Positions 60,693-64,000 of a DNA stretch of 64,000 nt are shown in pieces. The stretch's first letter is position 1. Every line of letters begins with the position of its first letter. The notes beneath the pieces are model-generated. The model saw nothing but the letters and a program-made list of their open reading frames with translations, had not been told where the DNA came from and searched no databases. The stretch spans positions 32,001 to 96,000 of the forward strand of contig JBHIAH010000002.1 of the NCBI GenBank assembly GCA_046758505.1, in the 5' to 3' direction. Position numbers and translations under genes: made by a program. This DNA comes from Candidatus Methylomirabilales bacterium (GTDB lineage Bacteria > Methylomirabilota > Methylomirabilia > Methylomirabilales > CSP1-5).

Positions 60693-60708
60693 TGGTATAT
60701 ATCTTGCT
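60693..60708 (+). promoter_or_regulatory. Possible sigma54 promoter upstream of glgP
   Basis: TGGTAT-ATATC-TTGCT. Confidence 0.45.
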
Positions 60709-60826
60709 TTTGAAGAATGGGGGGTACGCACCCGGGAGTCCCGCGCGACCCAGCCTGCGCCCCAGCGCCGCTCCCGCAGCACATTTCATGTCGACGGGGA
60801 GGTTCCGAGTGAACACAGAGCCTGCG

Positions 60827-62536
60827 ATGTCCAGGAAATCGACCCAACCCCGCACCGTCGCTTATTTTTCCATGGAGGTAGGCCTTGACCCCGCCATCCC
60901 CACATACAGCGGCGGCCTGGGCGTGCTGGCCGGGGACACCTTACGGTCCGCCGCCGACTTGGGCGTGCCCATGGTGGGCGTAACCCTCCTCCATCGGAAA
61001 GGGTACTTCCACCAACACCTGGACACCTGGGGGAACCAATCGGAGACGCCGGCCCTTTGGTCTCCGGAAGAGATCCTGGAACCCGTGCCGGCCCGCGCGG
61101 CGGTGGCCATCGAAGGGCGGCAGGTGCACGTCCGCGCGTGGCGGTACGTCGTGCGAGGCATATCCGGGCATACCCTCCCCGTCTATTTTCTCGACACGGC
61201 CCTGCCCGAAAACAGCCCGTGGGATCAAGCGCTCACGGACCATCTCTACGGCGGAGATCATCATTACCGCCTGTGTCAGGAAGTGGTCCTGGGACTGGGC
61301 GGGGTGGCCATGCTGCGCGCCGCCGGGCATGACACCGTCGGGGTCTACCACATGAACGAGGGGCACTCGGCGCTCCTCAGCCTGGCCTTGTTCGAGCGGC
61401 AGATGGAGGGGCGGGATCCGAGCGAGGTCACCGATCAGGACGTGGAGGCCGTCCGCCGCCAGTGTGTGTTTACCACCCACACGCCCGTCCCCGCAGGCCA
61501 CGATCAGTTCGCCGCCGAGGTGGTCCGTCAGGTGCTGGGGCCGGAGGGGGTCGCTGCCCTCGAGGCAACGCAATGCTGCACGAACGGTACCCTGAACATG
61601 ACATACCTGGCCGTGCGGTTTGCCCATTACATCAACGGGGTGGCCATGCGGCACGGAGAGATTTCCAACGGCATGTTTCCACAGTACCCGATCGACGCGA
61701 TCACCAATGGTGTCCATGCGGTCACCTGGACAGCACCGCCCTTCCGGAACCTGTACGACCGGCGCATCCCCGAGTGGCGGTATGACAACCTCTACCTGCG
61801 GTACGCGGTGGGCATTCCCCTGCACGAAATCCGAGAGGCCCACGCCGAGGCCAAGCGGGAACTCCTGAGCCAGGTGGCCAAGCGAACGAACCGGCACCTC
61901 GACGCGGCGGTATTGACCCTCGGTTTCGCGCGACGGGCCACCCCCTACAAACGGGCAGACTTGTTGTTCTCCGACCTGGATCGCCTCAAGAATATCGCGC
62001 GGCGGGTCGGCCCCTTGCAGGTCATTTACGCAGGCAAGGCCCATCCCCGGGATGAAGGCGGCAAAGCCATCATCCGCCGCATCTTCGAGGCAGCAGCTGA
62101 ATTGGGGGATGACGTACACGTCGTGTATCTGGACAATTACGACATGGCGTTGGCCCAGCAGCTCTGTGCCGGCGTGGATCTGTGGTTGAACACCCCCCTA
62201 AGGCCGCGGGAGGCCTCGGGCACGAGCGGCATGAAGGCCGCCCTCAACGGCGTACCGAGCCTGAGCGTCCTGGATGGGTGGTGGGTCGAAGGCCACGCGG
62301 AAGGCGTGACCGGATGGGCCATCGGTAATGGTCGCGAGCCCTCGGGAGATTCCTCCAGTGAGATTGCCTCGCTCTATGACAAACTCGAGCGCGTCATCCT
62401 TCCCCTCTTCTACGGACGGCCCGACGCCTTCGGCGGTGTCATGCGCTCGGCCATTGCGGTGAACGGGTCATTTTTCAACACCCAACGCATGCTGACCCAG
62501 TACCTGAGAAATGCCTACTTTCCCACCAACGGATAA
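60827..62536 (+). CDS. glgP: Alpha-glucan phosphorylase
   Basis: VAYFSME, YSGGLGVLAGD, HMNEGH, FARRATPYKR and EASGTSGMK (PLP lysine). Confidence 0.95.
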   Translation: MSRKSTQPRTVAYFSMEVGLDPAIPTYSGGLGVLAGDTLRSAADLGVPMVGVTLLHRKGYFHQHLDTWGNQSETPALWSPEEILEPVPARAAVAIEGRQVHVRAWRYVVRGISGHTLPVYFLDTALPENSPWDQALTDHLYGGDHHYRLCQEVVLGLGGVAMLRAAGHDTVGVYHMNEGHSALLSLALFERQMEGRDPSEVTDQDVEAVRRQCVFTTHTPVPAGHDQFAAEVVRQVLGPEGVAALEATQCCTNGTLNMTYLAVRFAHYINGVAMRHGEISNGMFPQYPIDAITNGVHAVTWTAPPFRNLYDRRIPEWRYDNLYLRYAVGIPLHEIREAHAEAKRELLSQVAKRTNRHLDAAVLTLGFARRATPYKRADLLFSDLDRLKNIARRVGPLQVIYAGKAHPRDEGGKAIIRRIFEAAAELGDDVHVVYLDNYDMALAQQLCAGVDLWLNTPLRPREASGTSGMKAALNGVPSLSVLDGWWVEGHAEGVTGWAIGNGREPSGDSSSEIASLYDKLERVILPLFYGRPDAFGGVMRSAIAVNGSFFNTQRMLTQYLRNAYFPTNG

Positions 62537-62647
62537 GAAGCGGCTTTCTCTCCCACCACTGTCTTCCTATCCTCGCCTCGGCCGGGGCCGAAGAACCCCA
62601 GGATAAGGAAACGCGTTCCGGGCGTTCCGCTCTCGGGCCGAGGCATA

Positions 62648-63688
62648 TCAGGGTACCTTCTTCCGGCTCGGGTCCCTCCGCCTCTCGGGCTTTTTCGGGA
62701 GGACGGGTTCACTCTGAAGCCAACCACGCCGGGCGAACCAGCGAAGCATCACCACGGGCACCGCCACGATGGATGTGACGGTGAGCACGAAGAGAACCGG
62801 GTTCTTCCACGGAATGTGCTCGAAGTTCATCCCGAAAAATCCCGTGATGACGCTGAGGGGGAGGAAGATGGTGGCCATGATCGTGAGCTGTCGCATGATA
62901 TCGTTCATGCGGTTCGACACGGCCGAGAGATACACCTCGACCGTGGTCGCCACCAGGTCCCGGCAGGTTTCCACGATCTCGGAAGCTCGGATCAGGTGGT
63001 CGTAGACGTCGCGGAAGTAGAGGGCGCTCTTCGGATCGAGCAGGGGGTAGTCGCGCCGGCTCAGGCCGTTGAAGACCTCGCGAAGGGGGCTCAGGGACTT
63101 GCGAAGATGAATCAGGGTGCGCTTGTACGCGAAGAGACGCCGAAGGAGGGCGGGGCGCGCGGCGATCAGCACCCGGTCCTCGAGGTCGTCGATCTCCTCT
63201 TCGAGTCGGTCGAGGAACGGGAAGAACTGGTCGACGACGCTGTCGGCCAGGAAGTGGAGAAGGAATCCCGCAGGTTGCGTCAAGAGGACGGGCTCCTGGC
63301 GGAGTCGCTCATGGAGTTTGCTCACCGCCTCGCTGTCCCGTTGATGGACCGTCACTAAAGCCTGGGGCGTCGCATAGACATAGATCTCATCCAAGTCCTC
63401 AACATCACACGAGTTATCAATCCCTTGGGGAAGCGCGTGGAGAACCAGGAAGAGATAGCCGTCATACGACTCCAGCTTCGGACGCTGGCCCCCGTGCAGG
63501 CAATCCTCGATGGTAAGCGGATGAAACCCGAAGCACCGCCCGACCGTTTCCATCTCCTCCACGCCCGGACCGGTGAGGTCAACCCAGAGCCGGCCCTCAA
63601 GCTCGGCGACCCAGGAGTGCAGGGAGGTCATGTCCTTTGTCTCCTCGAGCCTTCCGTCGGATTGACAGCGCGCGATTGTCAACATCAC
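62648..63688 (-). CDS. corA: Magnesium/cobalt transporter CorA
   Basis: FHPLTIEDC, YFRDVYDH and GFFGMNF signature. Confidence 0.95.
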   Translation of the reverse strand: MMLTIARCQSDGRLEETKDMTSLHSWVAELEGRLWVDLTGPGVEEMETVGRCFGFHPLTIEDCLHGGQRPKLESYDGYLFLVLHALPQGIDNSCDVEDLDEIYVYATPQALVTVHQRDSEAVSKLHERLRQEPVLLTQPAGFLLHFLADSVVDQFFPFLDRLEEEIDDLEDRVLIAARPALLRRLFAYKRTLIHLRKSLSPLREVFNGLSRRDYPLLDPKSALYFRDVYDHLIRASEIVETCRDLVATTVEVYLSAVSNRMNDIMRQLTIMATIFLPLSVITGFFGMNFEHIPWKNPVLFVLTVTSIVAVPVVMLRWFARRGWLQSEPVLPKKPERRRDPSRKKVP

Positions 63689-63876
63689 CCCCCCCGTTCA
63701 CAGACACATCTCAGCCCCGAGTAAATTAGCGCTTCCCGTACCGTTGCTGCGATTCCCGGATGACCCTCACCGCCACATCATGCTCTTCCACACCCTCGGC
63801 CCCGGTCTTCGTCGCCTGCAGGGCCCTACCGACGGAGAAGAAATGCTTGACCTCCCCAACAAGATGGAATCCGGTG

Positions 63877-63999
63877 CTAACTCCTTTCCTCCGTCTCGTT
63901 GAGGAGGGCCAAGGCCCGTTCCACCTGCTGCCGGCTCCCGACGACGACGAGGACCTGCCCGGCGGCAATTCGGTGCTCCGGCCCGGGGTTGGCGGTAAC
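63877..63999 (-). CDS. C-terminus of a TrkA-C/RCK-C domain protein (partial)
   Basis: Manual translation VTANPGPEHRIAAGQVLVVVGSRQQVERALALLNETEERS* fits the RCK-C 'NP...I..GD.L.V.G' pattern. Confidence 0.65.
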   Translation of the reverse strand, partial: VTANPGPEHRIAAGQVLVVVGSRQQVERALALLNETEERS

Positions 64000-64000
64000 C

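Noticed and set aside
63726..63968. 80-aa minus-strand ORF from the track
   Set aside because: It overlaps out of frame with the better-supported RCK-C C-terminus and has no motif.

Overview
GC-rich bacterial chromosomal window, probably from a diderm (it encodes a porin and an RND pump). I found no integrase, transposase, rRNA or CRISPR array. Contents in order: (i) a minus-strand operon of a UGSC-partner protein, a UGSC selenoprotein, an ADP-ribosylglycohydrolase and a HAD hydrolase; (ii) a LarA-like protein, RlpA and a Liv-type ABC transporter; (iii) a signalling cluster with a putative sigma54 promoter (REC-PilZ, a large GAF/PAS histidine kinase, single and double REC proteins); (iv) DinB, methyltransferase and MATE genes, and glgA; (v) a putative nitrogen operon of Amt with an extra C-terminal domain, a flotillin, a pseudo-receiver ANTAR protein, a textbook ANTAR dual-hexaloop/terminator RNA and a TorF-like porin; (vi) tRNA-Asp with a degenerate upstream copy; (vii) an ~18.5 kb trehalose/glycogen cluster (treS-mak, malQ, glgB, treZ, glgX, treY, glgE, DUF5752, treT); (viii) tRNA-Val, glgC, TetR-RND, an enolase-family remnant, Hsp20, prmA, an AhpD-like selenoprotein, trxB, trxA, glgP and corA. 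The top candidate for an undescribed system is the Amt/flotillin/ANTAR/porin antitermination module. Two genes that the ORF track splits in two are UGA-readthrough selenoproteins, and both carry a SECIS-like hairpin capped by AGUUU. All calls come from reading motifs by eye; no database searches or folding programs were run.
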